Counted from the stretch's first letter, positions 9,543 to 23,205 are shown. The stretch is DNA of 64,000 nucleotides from Paracoccaceae bacterium (GCA_007116575.1 SKIF01000069.1:1234-65233); one strand, 5' to 3'. Numbers and translations: made by a program. Notes: generated by a model not told the origin, from the letters alone.

Positions 9543-10841
9543 CTATTCTTCGGGCAGCACGAAGACCTGACCGGGATAGATCAGATCCGGGTTGCGGATC
9601 TGGTCGCGGTTGGCGTCAAAGATGCGCATGAAACGCATCCCCTCACCGTAGCGTTCAACCGACATCGCCCAGAGCGTGTTTCCCGGCTGCACGATCACCG
9701 CCTGCGGCCCCGATGCCTCGCGCGCGATCTGGGGAGTGACGCGCTCGAACGGGATCTCGGCGCGCGAGACCACCTGCGCGGCCTCGTCCAGCTCATCGAC
9801 GCGCAGCCGGTAAACCCCGCGCTCGATCCCGGCCAGTTGCGCCTGCCAGTTGCCATCGGCCTGCGCGCGCGCACGGATGATCGGCTGATTGTCGAGATAG
9901 ATCTGGATATCCGCTGCACCGCGTGCCGCGCGTCCGCTCAGCGCCACATCGCCCTCTGCGTCATAGACCACTGTGTCGATACTGACGCCATCGCCCTGAT
10001 CGCGCTGTTGCGCGCCGTCGTCCAGCATCATCATCGAGCCATCCGCGCGCATCAGCATCGCCAGCGGCGCGCTGCTGTCGGACGACCCGACCCCGGGCGT
10101 GTCTGCGGCCTCTGGCACGGATGCCAGTCGTGGCGCATCAGGCGCTTGCGTATCGGCAACCGGCGGCGCAGCCTCTGCCACCTCCAGCGCTGCCTCCTGC
10201 TGCGGCAGACCCGGAACCGGGCTCTCCTCCATGGAAGCGGCCAGAGCAGTGCTGCGCGGGGCAAGCATCAGGGTCTCCTGCGAGCGCACGCGGTCGCCAT
10301 TTGACAGGCGCGCTTCGAGTTCCAGCACCCTTGGCACCGCACTCACATCAAGGTCGAACATCATAACGAATTCGCCCGTCGGTGTGCTGACCGTCTGCGC
10401 GACTGCCACCTCATCAATCAAGGTCGAGACAGTGCTGCTGGCAGGGGCCTTGCCCGCAATCAGCGCGTTGCCAAGGTCAGTGACCCGCACGATATCGAAG
10501 GATGGGGCCATGTCCGACAACGGCACCAGGGCATCGGGCCGAAGCTCCGGAGCATTGTCCTCCGCAGGCAGCCCTGCCGCACTCGGCTCGACTGCCGCGA
10601 CCTGCGGCGGGTCGGTCGCATCGGGTTCGGCCTGCAGCGGTGGCTCAGAGTCCGGGGCAGGCCGGGACGCTGTTTCCGGTTCGGTCTCGGGCACGGTCGC
10701 GACCTCGGGAACAGGATCGGACACTGACGGCAGGTCTTCCCTCGGGGCGACGACGACATAGGCAATCGAGGCCGCACCCGCCACAGCGACCGAGCCCACG
10801 GCCAGTTGCGCGATCATTCCCTTGGGCAGAAAATTCAGCAT
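9543..10841 (-). CDS. LysM peptidoglycan-binding protein with N-terminal anchor and Pro/Ala/Glu-rich linker
   Basis: C-terminal VIVQPGNTLW...IRNPDLIYPGQVF LysM. Confidence 0.88.
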   Translation of the reverse strand: MLNFLPKGMIAQLAVGSVAVAGAASIAYVVVAPREDLPSVSDPVPEVATVPETEPETASRPAPDSEPPLQAEPDATDPPQVAAVEPSAAGLPAEDNAPELRPDALVPLSDMAPSFDIVRVTDLGNALIAGKAPASSTVSTLIDEVAVAQTVSTPTGEFVMMFDLDVSAVPRVLELEARLSNGDRVRSQETLMLAPRSTALAASMEESPVPGLPQQEAALEVAEAAPPVADTQAPDAPRLASVPEAADTPGVGSSDSSAPLAMLMRADGSMMMLDDGAQQRDQGDGVSIDTVVYDAEGDVALSGRAARGAADIQIYLDNQPIIRARAQADGNWQAQLAGIERGVYRLRVDELDEAAQVVSRAEIPFERVTPQIAREASGPQAVIVQPGNTLWAMSVERYGEGMRFMRIFDANRDQIRNPDLIYPGQVFVLPEE

Positions 10842-10941
10842 GGCGCACTCACAAGGGCCTGACGCAGGCCCGCTAAAACTTGCATGACCATACCAAGCCG
10901 ATTACCCCGTCGCAAAACAATTCCTTGCAAGGTGAGCCCCA

Positions 10942-11499
10942 ATGCCCCTCCCCGCCCTCTCTATCTGCGTCTTCTGCGGTTCGCGCCCCGGCACGTCGCC
11001 CCTCTATGCCGCACAAGCCCGCGACCTCGGCACCCTCATCGCCCGGCGCGGCTGGCGGCTGGTCTATGGCGCGGGCGATATCGGGATCATGGGCGAGATC
11101 GCCCGCAGCGCACAAGGCGCGGGGGCCGATGTCTTCGGCGTCATCCCCACCCATCTGATGCAGGCCGAACAGGGCAAGCGCAACCTTGGCACCTTGGTCG
11201 TGACCGAGACGATGCATGAGCGCAAGAAGGTGATGTTCACCAATTCCGACATCGTGGTGGTACTGCCGGGCGGGGCTGGCACGCTGGACGAGTTCTTCGA
11301 GGTGTTGACCTGGCGCCAGATCGGGCTTCACACAAAGCCCATCTACCTGCTGGACCTGGATGGATTCTGGCAACCGCTGGTGACACTGGTCGATCATGTC
11401 ATCGCTCAGGGCTTCGCCGACCCGTCGCTGCGCAGCTTTTTCCGACCGGTCGCGACCGTGGCCGAACTCGACGCACTGCTCGCACAGGCGGCCGACTGA
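10942..11499 (+). CDS. LOG family (TIGR00730) nucleotide phosphoribohydrolase
   Basis: ICVFCGS, MHERK, LPGGAGTLDEFFE. Confidence 0.93.
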   Translation: MPLPALSICVFCGSRPGTSPLYAAQARDLGTLIARRGWRLVYGAGDIGIMGEIARSAQGAGADVFGVIPTHLMQAEQGKRNLGTLVVTETMHERKKVMFTNSDIVVVLPGGAGTLDEFFEVLTWRQIGLHTKPIYLLDLDGFWQPLVTLVDHVIAQGFADPSLRSFFRPVATVAELDALLAQAAD

Positions 11500-11510
11500 C
11501 ACCTCGCCCG

Positions 11511-11533
11511 CATTTTCTTGCCACAAATACTCA
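11511..11533 (+). repeat. 23-bp intergenic repeat, copy 1 (CATTTTCTTGCCACAAATACTCA)
   Basis: 22/23 identical to 14596-14618. Confidence 0.75.
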
Positions 11534-11648
11534 CACCAACAGCGCGGTGCCGCCCTTCCGGCACCGGGCCGCGCAGACCGTGCGGGCACGCCGCGGCAGC
11601 GCCGCCCGAGGGGGCTCGATGCCCCCGAGGGCGGCCCCGCCTTCGCGC

Positions 11649-14501
<2,853 letters not shown>

Positions 14502-14567
14502 CCGGCCCCCCAAGACTGACAGCTGCAAACATAGACTGCACGCGGCGAGTCTCCAAGCAAAATGCGT

Positions 14568-14582
14568 GAACATTTTATGAAC
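14568..14582. promoter_or_regulatory. alphaproteobacterial LexA (SOS) box upstream of uvrA
   Basis: GAAC-ATTTTAT-GAAC fits GAAC-N7-GAAC/GTTC-N7-GTTC. Confidence 0.88.
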
Positions 14583-14595
14583 ATTTGCAAAGTCT

Positions 14596-14618
14596 CATTT
14601 TCTTGCCAAAAATACTCA
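14596..14618 (+). repeat. 23-bp intergenic repeat, copy 2 (CATTTTCTTGCCAAAAATACTCA)
   Basis: 22/23 identical to 11511-11533. Confidence 0.75.
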
Positions 14619-14625
14619 AAACCGC

Positions 14626-14655
14626 GACGCGCCCTGCCGCAAGGCAGGGCGCGTT
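14626..14655 (-). terminator. probable intrinsic terminator of lpdA
   Basis: GACGCGCCCTGCC-GCAA-GGCAGGGCGCGTT hairpin, T-rich tract downstream on the minus strand. Confidence 0.65.
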
Positions 14656-14695
14656 GTAAAGATCTTGCGGCGCAGCCGCGCCTTTTGGTCAGAAC

Positions 14696-16090
14696 TCAGA
14701 AATGAATCGCCCGTCCGTAAGCGTCGAGCACCGATTCATGCATCATCTCACTGAGTGTCGGATGCGGGAAGACCGTGTTCATCAGATCCTCTTCTGTCGT
14801 CTCCAGCTGACGGCCCACCACATAGCCCTGGATCAACTCGGTCACTTCCGCGCCCACCATATGCGCACCCAGCAACTCGCCGGTCTTGGCGTCGAAGATG
14901 GTCTTGATCATCCCCTCCGACTCGCCCAGTGCAATCGCCTTGCCATTGCCGATGAAGGGGAAGCGGCCGACCTTTACGCTATAGCCCGCGTCCTTCGCCT
15001 TGGCTTCGGTCAACCCGACGGAGGCCACTTGCGGGTGGCAATAGGTGCAACCCGCAATCGAAGACGGGTCCACCGCATGCGGGTGCCCGCCTGCGATCAG
15101 CTCGGCCACCATGACACCCTCGTGGCTGGCCTTGTGGGCAAGCCAGGGGCCATTGGTCGCATCGCCAATCACATAGAGTCCCTCGACCCCGGTGCGGCAA
15201 TATTCATCTGTCACCACGAAGGAACGGTCGAGCTTCGCGCCCAGTTCCTCCAGCCCCAGCCCTTCGGTATTGGCCACGATCCCGACCGCCGAGATCACAG
15301 TGTCGAATTCCATGGTCTCGGTCTTGCCGTCGCGCTCGATATGGGCGGTCACTTTTGGTGCCGCGCGATCAAGTTTCTTGACCATGGCCTTGGCCATGAT
15401 CTTCATACCCTGTTTCTCGAACTGTTTCTGCGCGAAGGCCGAGATTTCGGCATCTTCCACCGGCAGGATGCGGTCCATCACCTCGACAACCGTCGTGTCC
15501 GCGCCAAGCGTGTTGAAGAATGACGCGAATTCGATCCCGATCGCGCCCGAACCGATCACCAGCAGCTTTTTCGGCATGCGTTTGGGGGTGAGGGCGTGCT
15601 TGTAGGTCCAGACCAGATCGCCATCCGCTTCCAGCCCGGGCAATTCGCGTGCCCGCGCGCCGGTGGCCAGAATGATGTTCGGTGCGGTCAGTTCCTCGGT
15701 GCCCTTATCGGTCTTGACGCTGACCTTGCCTTTGGCAGGCAGGGTGGCGGCCCCCATGATCACCGTGATCTTGTTCTTCTTCATCAGATGGCCGATGCCG
15801 CCCGAGAGTTGCCCCGCGACCTTGCGCGAGCGCTTGACCACCGCGTCCAGATCGTAGCCGATCCCGTCGGCCTTGAGCCCAAATTCCTTGGCACGGTGCA
15901 TCAGATGGAACACTTCCGCCGAGCGCAGCATGGCCTTGGTCGGAATACAGCCCCAGTTCAGGCAGATGCCACCCAGATGCTCGCGTTCGACAATGGCCAC
16001 GGACTTGCCCAGTTGCGCGGCGCGGATGGCGGCGACATAGCCCCCCGGCCCTGCCCCGATTACGACGACGTCAAACGCTTTGGCTGCCAT
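14696..16090 (-). CDS. lpdA: dihydrolipoyl dehydrogenase
   Basis: GAGPGGY, GGICLNWGCIPTK, HPTLSE. Confidence 0.97.
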   Translation of the reverse strand: MAAKAFDVVVIGAGPGGYVAAIRAAQLGKSVAIVEREHLGGICLNWGCIPTKAMLRSAEVFHLMHRAKEFGLKADGIGYDLDAVVKRSRKVAGQLSGGIGHLMKKNKITVIMGAATLPAKGKVSVKTDKGTEELTAPNIILATGARARELPGLEADGDLVWTYKHALTPKRMPKKLLVIGSGAIGIEFASFFNTLGADTTVVEVMDRILPVEDAEISAFAQKQFEKQGMKIMAKAMVKKLDRAAPKVTAHIERDGKTETMEFDTVISAVGIVANTEGLGLEELGAKLDRSFVVTDEYCRTGVEGLYVIGDATNGPWLAHKASHEGVMVAELIAGGHPHAVDPSSIAGCTYCHPQVASVGLTEAKAKDAGYSVKVGRFPFIGNGKAIALGESEGMIKTIFDAKTGELLGAHMVGAEVTELIQGYVVGRQLETTEEDLMNTVFPHPTLSEMMHESVLDAYGRAIHF

Positions 16091-16211
16091 CTGAGTTCCT
16101 CCCCTGCGCCGCGACTGGAATATGGTTTGCCATTAAACTATTTCTCGCACTGCCGCAACGCAGAGCCGAGGGTGTCCGCCATGCGCTGCATGCATGGCCG
16201 TGGCACTGAGG

Positions 16212-16790
16212 TCATGCAGCTTGCTGCAATTCCTCGACCGCCGACATATACCCGCCACGCTCAAGGAACTCGCGCTCGGACGGAGTTGTCTCGCGGCCCA
16301 GCGCATCATTGCGATAAGGAAAGCGGCCGAACTGGCGGATAACGGCGCGGTGCGCGCGCGCGTGCAACATGTTGTCCGCGCCAGTCTCGGGCATCCGAAG
16401 CAGGAACATGCGCACGCAGCGGTCCTGATCCATCTGGCTTTCGGAATGCATCAGCGGCAGGTAGAAGAACTGCCGCGCGGGTTCGGGGATGCGGCGGTCG
16501 AAGCCCAGATGACAGGCCCGCGCCGCAACCTTGCGCGCGAGATCATCAGTGGCGAAGGCACGGCCATCCTCGCGGAACATGTTGCGCGGGAACTGGTCGG
16601 TCACGATCAGGAAGGCCAGACAGCCCCGCGGGCAAGAGGCCCAGCGTTCAAGTCGTCCCGCGCGGGCCTTTTCCCACAGCGCGCCAAAACGGTGCCGGAT
16701 CTCCGCGTCCAGGTCCGGGTCTGCCTTGTACCATCCTTCCGGTCCAACCTCATCGACCCAGAACGAAATGACCTCATCAACCGTCGACAT
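16212..16790 (-). CDS. DUF924 family protein
   Basis: DQFPRNMFR, FFYLPLMHSE, FGRFPYRN. Confidence 0.9.
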   Translation of the reverse strand: MSTVDEVISFWVDEVGPEGWYKADPDLDAEIRHRFGALWEKARAGRLERWASCPRGCLAFLIVTDQFPRNMFREDGRAFATDDLARKVAARACHLGFDRRIPEPARQFFYLPLMHSESQMDQDRCVRMFLLRMPETGADNMLHARAHRAVIRQFGRFPYRNDALGRETTPSEREFLERGGYMSAVEELQQAA

Positions 16791-16905
16791 TGCGTATCCC
16801 TTTGTCGTCTACCTGCCTAGACCCTGCCAATGATTCGCAAACTGCTCAAGAAATTTGCACTCACATGAGTTTGAGCCGGCGGTTTCTTGCGAAAATGCCA
16901 CATTT

Positions 16906-18153
16906 TCAGGAGGTTTCCGTCTGCTGCTCGGACAGTTCGCTGTAAACCGCATCAACTGTTGCCGCCGAGACAACAGGCGAAACCGCTGCGAAAGGTCCGG
17001 TTTCTGCAACCGACACCGCGGGGCGCTGCGTCATGCGCCACAAGGCGTAGACGGCAAGCGATGTTGTCAGCAAGATGATGAACAGGAAGAAACCCGACGG
17101 CCCGATCAATGCCATCAGCCAGCCAATCGCCAGCGGCCCAATGATCGCTCCCAGTCCGTTGACGAATAGCAGACCGCCAGAAGCCGCCGCCATCTGGTCA
17201 TGGTCCAGATAGTCATTCGTATAAGCCACCAACAGCGAATAGAGCGGGTTAGAAATGCCGCCGATGATCAGCGCCACGCCCAGAAGCCAGATGAAACTCA
17301 GGTTGAACAGCACGGCTATGGCCCCGCCAGCGCTGCCGATCAGCGCCACGATGACCAGCAGCTTGCGCCGGTCGACCCGGTCTGACAGCCAGCCGATGGG
17401 ATACTGGAACACCAACCCACCGAAATAGATTGCGGCGGTAAAGACCGAGATCTCGAACACACTCAAGCCCGCCTCGGTGCCCCAGACCGCCGTCATTCCG
17501 AACATCGCCGCGAACACCCCCCCCATCAGGAAGATCCCCACCACCCCCAGCGGTGACACGCCATAGAGTTCACGGATCGACATGGATTTGGTGGTCCCGA
17601 ATGTGGGCGCGGGGCTGATCGAAAGCAGGATCGGCGCAAAGGACAGCGAGACCAGCACCGAGGGGATGATGAACAACAGGAACCCCGCCGGGTCGGCAAA
17701 GTTGATCAACGCCTGCGCCGCGATGATCCCCACCATCTGCACGATCATGTAGAGCGACAGTGCCTGGCCGCGGTTTTCATTGCTGGCCGTGTTGTTCAGC
17801 CAGCTTTCCGCCGTGACATAAACCCCCGAGAAGCAGAAACCGATCAGCACGCGCAGCAGCGTCCAGACGATCCAGTCGGGGATCACGGCATAGAGCACCA
17901 GCACCGCCGAAATCAACGAGCCGAGTGCCGCGAAGACGCGCACATGGCCAACGCGGCGGATCAGTTCCGGTGCCATTTTCGATCCGAACAGGAAACCCGC
18001 GAAATAAGCCGACATGACGATCGACATCTGGGAGGTGGAGAACCCCTCGATCGCGCCGCGAATGCCCAAGAGCGTGCCCTGTACGCCATTGCCGACCATC
18101 AGGAACATCATACCCAGCAGAAGCGCCCAGGATGCGGTGAAGACTTTGAACAT
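16906..18153 (-). CDS. MFS transporter (YcaD-like)
   Basis: About 12 hydrophobic segments, RVGHVR, GWLSDRVDRR. Confidence 0.88.
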   Translation of the reverse strand: MFKVFTASWALLLGMMFLMVGNGVQGTLLGIRGAIEGFSTSQMSIVMSAYFAGFLFGSKMAPELIRRVGHVRVFAALGSLISAVLVLYAVIPDWIVWTLLRVLIGFCFSGVYVTAESWLNNTASNENRGQALSLYMIVQMVGIIAAQALINFADPAGFLLFIIPSVLVSLSFAPILLSISPAPTFGTTKSMSIRELYGVSPLGVVGIFLMGGVFAAMFGMTAVWGTEAGLSVFEISVFTAAIYFGGLVFQYPIGWLSDRVDRRKLLVIVALIGSAGGAIAVLFNLSFIWLLGVALIIGGISNPLYSLLVAYTNDYLDHDQMAAASGGLLFVNGLGAIIGPLAIGWLMALIGPSGFFLFIILLTTSLAVYALWRMTQRPAVSVAETGPFAAVSPVVSAATVDAVYSELSEQQTETS

Positions 18154-18238
18154 TGAAGAGGCTCACGATTGGGTCGCGCGCAGTGTAGCGGCGAATGGGG
18201 AACAGGAGTATGACAGAAGCGACAGGTCCGGGTCGCAA

Positions 18239-19288
18239 TCAGGGCAAGAGCAGCGAGGCATCGCCATAGGAAAAGAAGCGGTAGCGCGCGGCGATGGCAT
18301 GGGCATAGATCGCGCGGATCGGCTCCGGCCCCATCAGCGCCGAGACCAGCATCATCAGCGTGGATTTCGGCAGGTGAAAATTGGTCATCAGCCCGTCACT
18401 GACGCGAAACCGGTACCCCGGCGTGATGAAGATATCGGTCTTGCCCCGCCAGGGCGCGATCTGGCCGGGGCCCGTGGCCGCCGTCTCGATCAGCCGCAGC
18501 GCAGTCGTGCCCACCGGGATCACGCGTCCGCCTGCCGCGCGGGTCTCCGTGATCGCGTTCGCAGCGGCCTCAGGCAACTCGCCCCATTCGGCGTGCATCT
18601 GGTGGTCGCGAATGTCATCGACCTTGACCGGCAGGAAGGTGCCCGCGCCGATATGCAGCGTCACATCGGCAAAGCGCACTCCGCGCGCCTTCAGCGCGTC
18701 CATCAGCCCGTCATCGAAATGCAGCGAGGCCGTGGGGGCCGCAACCGCGCCGGGGTCGCGGGCAAAGACGGTCTGGTAATCCTCGCGGTCCTGCGCATCG
18801 GCCTTGCGCCGACCCGCGATATAGGGCGGCAGCGGCATCTGACCTGCAGCATCGAGCGCAGCGTGGAATGCGTCGCCTTCGAGCGTGAAGCGCAGGGTCA
18901 CGTCCTCGGCGCTGCGCGCGGTCACGTCAGCAGCAAATCCCTCGGCAATCTCGACCCGCTCGCCCTCGGCGAGCTTGCGCAACGGCTTTGCCAGCGCGCG
19001 CCATTGCCCGTCGGGCAGAGGCTCCAGTAGCGTCAGTTCCACATTCGCGCGCACGGCGCCCTGCACGCTGTTGCGCAGCCGCGTGCCGCTTAGACGCGCG
19101 GGAATCACGCGGGTGCGGTTGATCACCAGCAGATCACCGGGGCGCAGGATTTCGGGCAGATCGGCCACATGGCGGTCGCTGATCCGCGCACCTTCGGCCA
19201 GCAGCAGACGCGCAGCCGGACGCGGGCGCACCGGGCGCGTCGCGATCAGGTCTTCGGGCAGGTCAAAATCGAAATCCGACAGCTTCAT
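18239..19288 (-). CDS. queA: tRNA preQ1 SAM ribosyltransferase-isomerase
   Basis: [36 protein letters not shown]. Confidence 0.97.
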   Translation of the reverse strand: MKLSDFDFDLPEDLIATRPVRPRPAARLLLAEGARISDRHVADLPEILRPGDLLVINRTRVIPARLSGTRLRNSVQGAVRANVELTLLEPLPDGQWRALAKPLRKLAEGERVEIAEGFAADVTARSAEDVTLRFTLEGDAFHAALDAAGQMPLPPYIAGRRKADAQDREDYQTVFARDPGAVAAPTASLHFDDGLMDALKARGVRFADVTLHIGAGTFLPVKVDDIRDHQMHAEWGELPEAAANAITETRAAGGRVIPVGTTALRLIETAATGPGQIAPWRGKTDIFITPGYRFRVSDGLMTNFHLPKSTLMMLVSALMGPEPIRAIYAHAIAARYRFFSYGDASLLLP

Positions 19289-19379
19289 CGTGCGCGCCTT
19301 GCTTTGACTCGACGCCCCTTTAACTTGGCCCCGATGCCGCTACAACTGGGCCAACAGTTTCGTGAAAGAGGAGATGCCG

Positions 19380-19841
19380 ATGGCACAGCAAGGCGAAATG
19401 GCCCCCGCATTCACCCTACCCCGCGATGGCGGCGGCGAGGTGAGCCTGTCCGAGTTCAAGGGCCACAAAATCGTGCTCTATTTCTACCCGCGCGACGACA
19501 CGCCGGGCTGCACCACCGAAGCCCTGGAGTTCACCGCGCTGGGTGAAGAATTCAAGGCCGCGGGCGCGCAGGTGATCGGGGTGTCAAAAGATACGGTCGC
19601 CAAGCATGACAAGTTCATCGCCAAACATGATCTGGGCGTGATTCTCGTCTCGGATGCCGAGGGCGACACATGCGAGAATTACGGCGTCTGGGTCGAGAAG
19701 AACATGTATGGCAAGGTCTCGATGGGGATCGAGCGCGCGACATTCCTGATCGATGGCGACGGGCGGATTGCGCAGGTCTGGCGCAAGGTCAAGGCCAAGG
19801 GGCACGCAGCCGAAGTGCTCGACGCGGTAAAAGCGCTGTGA
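19380..19841 (+). CDS. bcp: peroxiredoxin Bcp
   Basis: LYFYPRDDTPGCTTEA; GAGGAG RBS. Confidence 0.93.
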   Translation: MAQQGEMAPAFTLPRDGGGEVSLSEFKGHKIVLYFYPRDDTPGCTTEALEFTALGEEFKAAGAQVIGVSKDTVAKHDKFIAKHDLGVILVSDAEGDTCENYGVWVEKNMYGKVSMGIERATFLIDGDGRIAQVWRKVKAKGHAAEVLDAVKAL

Positions 19842-20650
19842 GCACGACACTGCGCGAGATGGCCGTGGCAGTGCTGAGCACGGCAAACGGGCGCGAGAAG
19901 ACCGCGCTGTCGCGCGCCCATGCGGCAGCGTGGTTCGCCGCGCGCAAGGCGGGCACGCCTCTGGAGCTGGGCAAGGCCACACCACCGGACCGGCCCGCCC
20001 GCCCCGCGCGGCCCGAACTGCTGGACCCGCGCGACGTACCCCGCCGCCGCCCCGGCAGCCCGCAGGGGCGGATTGCGCTGCTGCACGCGATTGCACATAT
20101 CGAACTTAACGCAGTCGATCTGCACTGGGATCTGGTCGCGCGCTTTCACGAAACCGACATGCCACCCGGGTTCTACGATGACTGGGTGAAGGCGGCGGAT
20201 GAAGAGTCAAAGCATTTCAATCTGATCTGCGACTGTCTGGACGCGATGGGCAGTCACTACGGCGCCCTGCCCGCCCATGCCGGAATGTGGCGCGCGGCCG
20301 AAGATACGGCCGCCGATATTCTGGGACGCCTCGCCGTGGTGCCGATGGTGCTCGAGGCGCGGGGCCTTGATGTGACACCGGGCATGATCGAGATATTCGA
20401 GCGCGCGGACGAGCGCGATGCGGTCGAGGCCCTGAAGACCATCTATGCCGAGGAAGTGGGCCATGTCGCCTATGGCTCGAAATGGTTCAACTTCCTTTGC
20501 GGGCGGCAGGGGCTGGACCCGCAGCCTGTGTTTCTGGAACTCGTGCGGCGGTATTTCCACAGCCCCCTGAAGCCGCCCTTTAACGAGGAAAAGCGCGCGC
20601 AGGCCGGTCTGCCACCCGATTTCTACTGGCCGCTGACCGAGCCAGTCTGA
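19838..20650 (+). CDS. ferritin-like DUF455 protein
   Basis: HAIAHIELNA, LEARGLD, EEVGHV; GTGA overlap with bcp. Confidence 0.9.
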   Translation: MSTTLREMAVAVLSTANGREKTALSRAHAAAWFAARKAGTPLELGKATPPDRPARPARPELLDPRDVPRRRPGSPQGRIALLHAIAHIELNAVDLHWDLVARFHETDMPPGFYDDWVKAADEESKHFNLICDCLDAMGSHYGALPAHAGMWRAAEDTAADILGRLAVVPMVLEARGLDVTPGMIEIFERADERDAVEALKTIYAEEVGHVAYGSKWFNFLCGRQGLDPQPVFLELVRRYFHSPLKPPFNEEKRAQAGLPPDFYWPLTEPV

Positions 20651-20899
20651 CCCCGCCCCCCCCTGTCACGCCGCAGCCGGGGCGATTTATCGGCAAGATT
20701 TCGCTGATTCTCGCCACCTTGGCTGATGCGCGACTGCAACAGTCCACATCTTTGTTGCCTCTTGCACAAAACCTCCGCTAGAGGAGTTAAGACTTGGTAA
20801 CTCAGCGCGTTGCCTCTCGTCAGTGCGTGCTTGTGACAATACCGACCGACGGAAGTGCCCGGAACGAGAGCAGATCCGAGAAAGAACAGGACAGTAGCC

Positions 20900-22243
20900 T
20901 TGAGACGACACCTAGTGCGACTGAGCCAGACGCTGGAAAGCCGCCTGCCGGAACAACGGCTTTTCCTTCGCTCCAATAACACCACCCGTTTCGTGCGCCT
21001 GCGCCCCGCGACACAGGCCGTTGCCATCGGCGGGGTCGCGCTGTTCATCGCCTGGTCGATTGTTGCGACCTCGATCCTGCTGATGGATGTGATCGGCTCG
21101 GGCACGTTGCGCGATCAGGCGCTGCGCGAACAGGCAAATTACGAACAGCGCCTCAATCAGCTTGCCGCCGAGCGCGACGCCCGTGCGATCGAGACCGAGG
21201 CCGCCCATGCCCGCTTCGCCGAGGCGATGGAGCGAATCTCGGAGATGCAGATCCAGCTTCTTGCCTCGGAACAACGGCGGCTGGAACTGGAGACAGGAAT
21301 CGACTCGATCCATGGCACTGTTCGCCGTGTCGTTCAGGAACGCGACGAGGCGCGCGCACGTCTTGCTGAAGTGACCCGCACGCTCGAGGCCGAGACCGGC
21401 TCGACCCGCACCGCCGCCGACCGCTCGCGCGATAATGAAGAAATGCTCGACTACATGCTCGCCGCGATGGATCGCGTCAGCCAGAACACGCATGAACTGG
21501 GCATGGATGCCGAACAGGCCCGCAATCAGGCCCGGCTGCTGGCGATGGAAAACGAGCTTCTGAAAGACCGCAACCACGTCATCTTCAGCCAGCTTGAAGA
21601 GGCGCTGGAACAGGTGGTCTCACCATTGGAACGGGTATTCCGCAGTGCAGGCGTGTCGTCAGACCAGATCCGGCGGCTGGTGCGCCAGGGGGCCAATTCG
21701 CAGACCGACTCGTTGCGCCCAATCGCGATCTCGACATCGGGCACCATGGGCCCGGGGGCGGATATCGCGCGCGCCAATGCCATCTTGAATCGCATGGCCG
21801 ATGTGGATGCCTATCGTCGTGGGCTTGACCGTCTTCCGGTGGCCCGCCCGGTCAATGCGCGCACTGTCCGCCAGACCTCGGGCTTCGGGATGCGCCGTCA
21901 CCCGCTGACCGGTCGCAGCCGGATGCATAACGGGCTGGACTGGGCCGGTCCGCGCGGAACACCGATTACAGCCACGGCTGACGGCGTTGTAAAACAGGCC
22001 GGGCGCCAGGGCGGATATGGCAATCTGGTCATCATTCAGCATGATTTCGGGATCGAAACATATTACGCCCATTTGAACTCTATCGACGTGCGGTCCGGAC
22101 AAAGGGTCTCGCGCGGGCAGAGAATCGGTGGTATGGGCACCACTGGAGCGTCGACCGGGGTGCATCTGCACTACGAAGTGCGGGTCAATGGTCGGCCAGT
22201 GAACCCACTCACCTATGTAAGGGCTGGAGACAATGTTTTCTAA
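20900..22243 (+). CDS. M23 metallopeptidase with TM and coiled coil (DUF5930/LmdC-like)
   Basis: HNGLD, YAHL, HLHYEV motifs; TTG start inferred from AGGA RBS. Confidence 0.9.
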   Translation: MRRHLVRLSQTLESRLPEQRLFLRSNNTTRFVRLRPATQAVAIGGVALFIAWSIVATSILLMDVIGSGTLRDQALREQANYEQRLNQLAAERDARAIETEAAHARFAEAMERISEMQIQLLASEQRRLELETGIDSIHGTVRRVVQERDEARARLAEVTRTLEAETGSTRTAADRSRDNEEMLDYMLAAMDRVSQNTHELGMDAEQARNQARLLAMENELLKDRNHVIFSQLEEALEQVVSPLERVFRSAGVSSDQIRRLVRQGANSQTDSLRPIAISTSGTMGPGADIARANAILNRMADVDAYRRGLDRLPVARPVNARTVRQTSGFGMRRHPLTGRSRMHNGLDWAGPRGTPITATADGVVKQAGRQGGYGNLVIIQHDFGIETYYAHLNSIDVRSGQRVSRGQRIGGMGTTGASTGVHLHYEVRVNGRPVNPLTYVRAGDNVF

Positions 22244-22823
22244 GAGTCGCATCAATGAACCCGGACCGAAAGCGGCTGAGAAGCCTCCCGCCAAGCCGGT
22301 CGAATCCACACCGTCCTTCCTGCGCTCGAGCAATGCCGAGCCCGCCGGGACGCATGTGACCAAATCCAAATCCGCCGCATCGGTGCTGGCTTCGGATCTG
22401 ACGATCACCGGGAACATCAAGACCACCGGCGATGTCGTGATCGAGGGCATGGTCGATGGTGATATCCTCGCGCATCTGCTCACTGTGGGCGAGACCGCGA
22501 CCATCCGCGGAGAGATCGTGGCCGATGACATCGTCATCAATGGTCGCGTCATCGGGCGCGTGCGCGGGCTGAAAGTGCGGCTGACCTCGTCGGCGCAGGT
22601 CGAAGGCGACATCATCCACAAGACCATAGCGATCGAATCGGGTGCGCATTTCGAAGGCTCGGTGCAGCGTCAGGATGACCCGTTGCAGACCAACCGCGAG
22701 TCCGGCGCGAAACACTCTGCCCCCACGCCCGCGGCCCCGGCTGCAAAACCGGCGGCATCCGAGGGCTCAGAGGCTGTGCGCAAAGCGACCGAGGCCAAGA
22801 AGAGCGCGGCCAGCTCGAGCTGA
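22233..22823 (+). CDS. bactofilin (polymer-forming cytoskeletal protein)
   Basis: Beta-helix repeats, IESGAHFEG; overlaps M23 gene. Confidence 0.92.
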   Translation: MFSKSRINEPGPKAAEKPPAKPVESTPSFLRSSNAEPAGTHVTKSKSAASVLASDLTITGNIKTTGDVVIEGMVDGDILAHLLTVGETATIRGEIVADDIVINGRVIGRVRGLKVRLTSSAQVEGDIIHKTIAIESGAHFEGSVQRQDDPLQTNRESGAKHSAPTPAAPAAKPAASEGSEAVRKATEAKKSAASSS

Positions 22824-22843
22824 TCCAGCGCCGTCAGAACACC

Positions 22844-22875
22844 AAAGTCGCGCCATCCGGGCGCGGCTTTTTTTT
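22844..22875 (+). terminator. intrinsic terminator after bactofilin
   Basis: AAAGTCGCGCC/GGCGCGGCTTT stem and T8. Confidence 0.8.
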
Positions 22876-22901
22876 GTCTGCGTCAGAGGTGACAAACTGG
22901 C

Positions 22902-22985
22902 TGGTGCGGGTGGAGAGACTCGAACTCTCACGCCTTGCGGCGGAGGATTTTGAATCCTCTGCGTCTACCATTCCGCCACACCCGC
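22902..22985 (-). tRNA. tRNA-Leu (anticodon CAA)
   Basis: GCGGGTG acceptor stem, GAGGA-TTCAAAA-TCCTC anticodon arm, long variable arm, GTTCGAGTC, encoded CCA. Confidence 0.96.
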
Positions 22986-23205
22986 ACGGCCAGCGCGCAG
23001 AGCAATAGCGCGGAACGCGCGCCCCTGCAACAGCGCTCTTGCCCTGCCCTGCCGCGTAGACAGCAAAGCCCATGATCATTGACCTGCGCAGCAAAATAGG
23101 TTAGGCGCGATATGGTGTTGCAGGCTGCAGCATTTCCGCAAGCGGGGCGCGGAAACAGGCGTCCCATAACCGAATACGGCCCGATGCCGTATCAGATGGA
23201 CGCAA

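Noticed and set aside
20787-20801. CtrA-like TTAA-N6-GTAAC upstream of the M23 gene
   Set aside because: Wrong spacing and a mismatch; too weak to call
22902-22985. tRNA-Leu as a genomic island attachment site
   Set aside because: No integrase or duplicated tRNA 3' end noticed; neighbours are core genes
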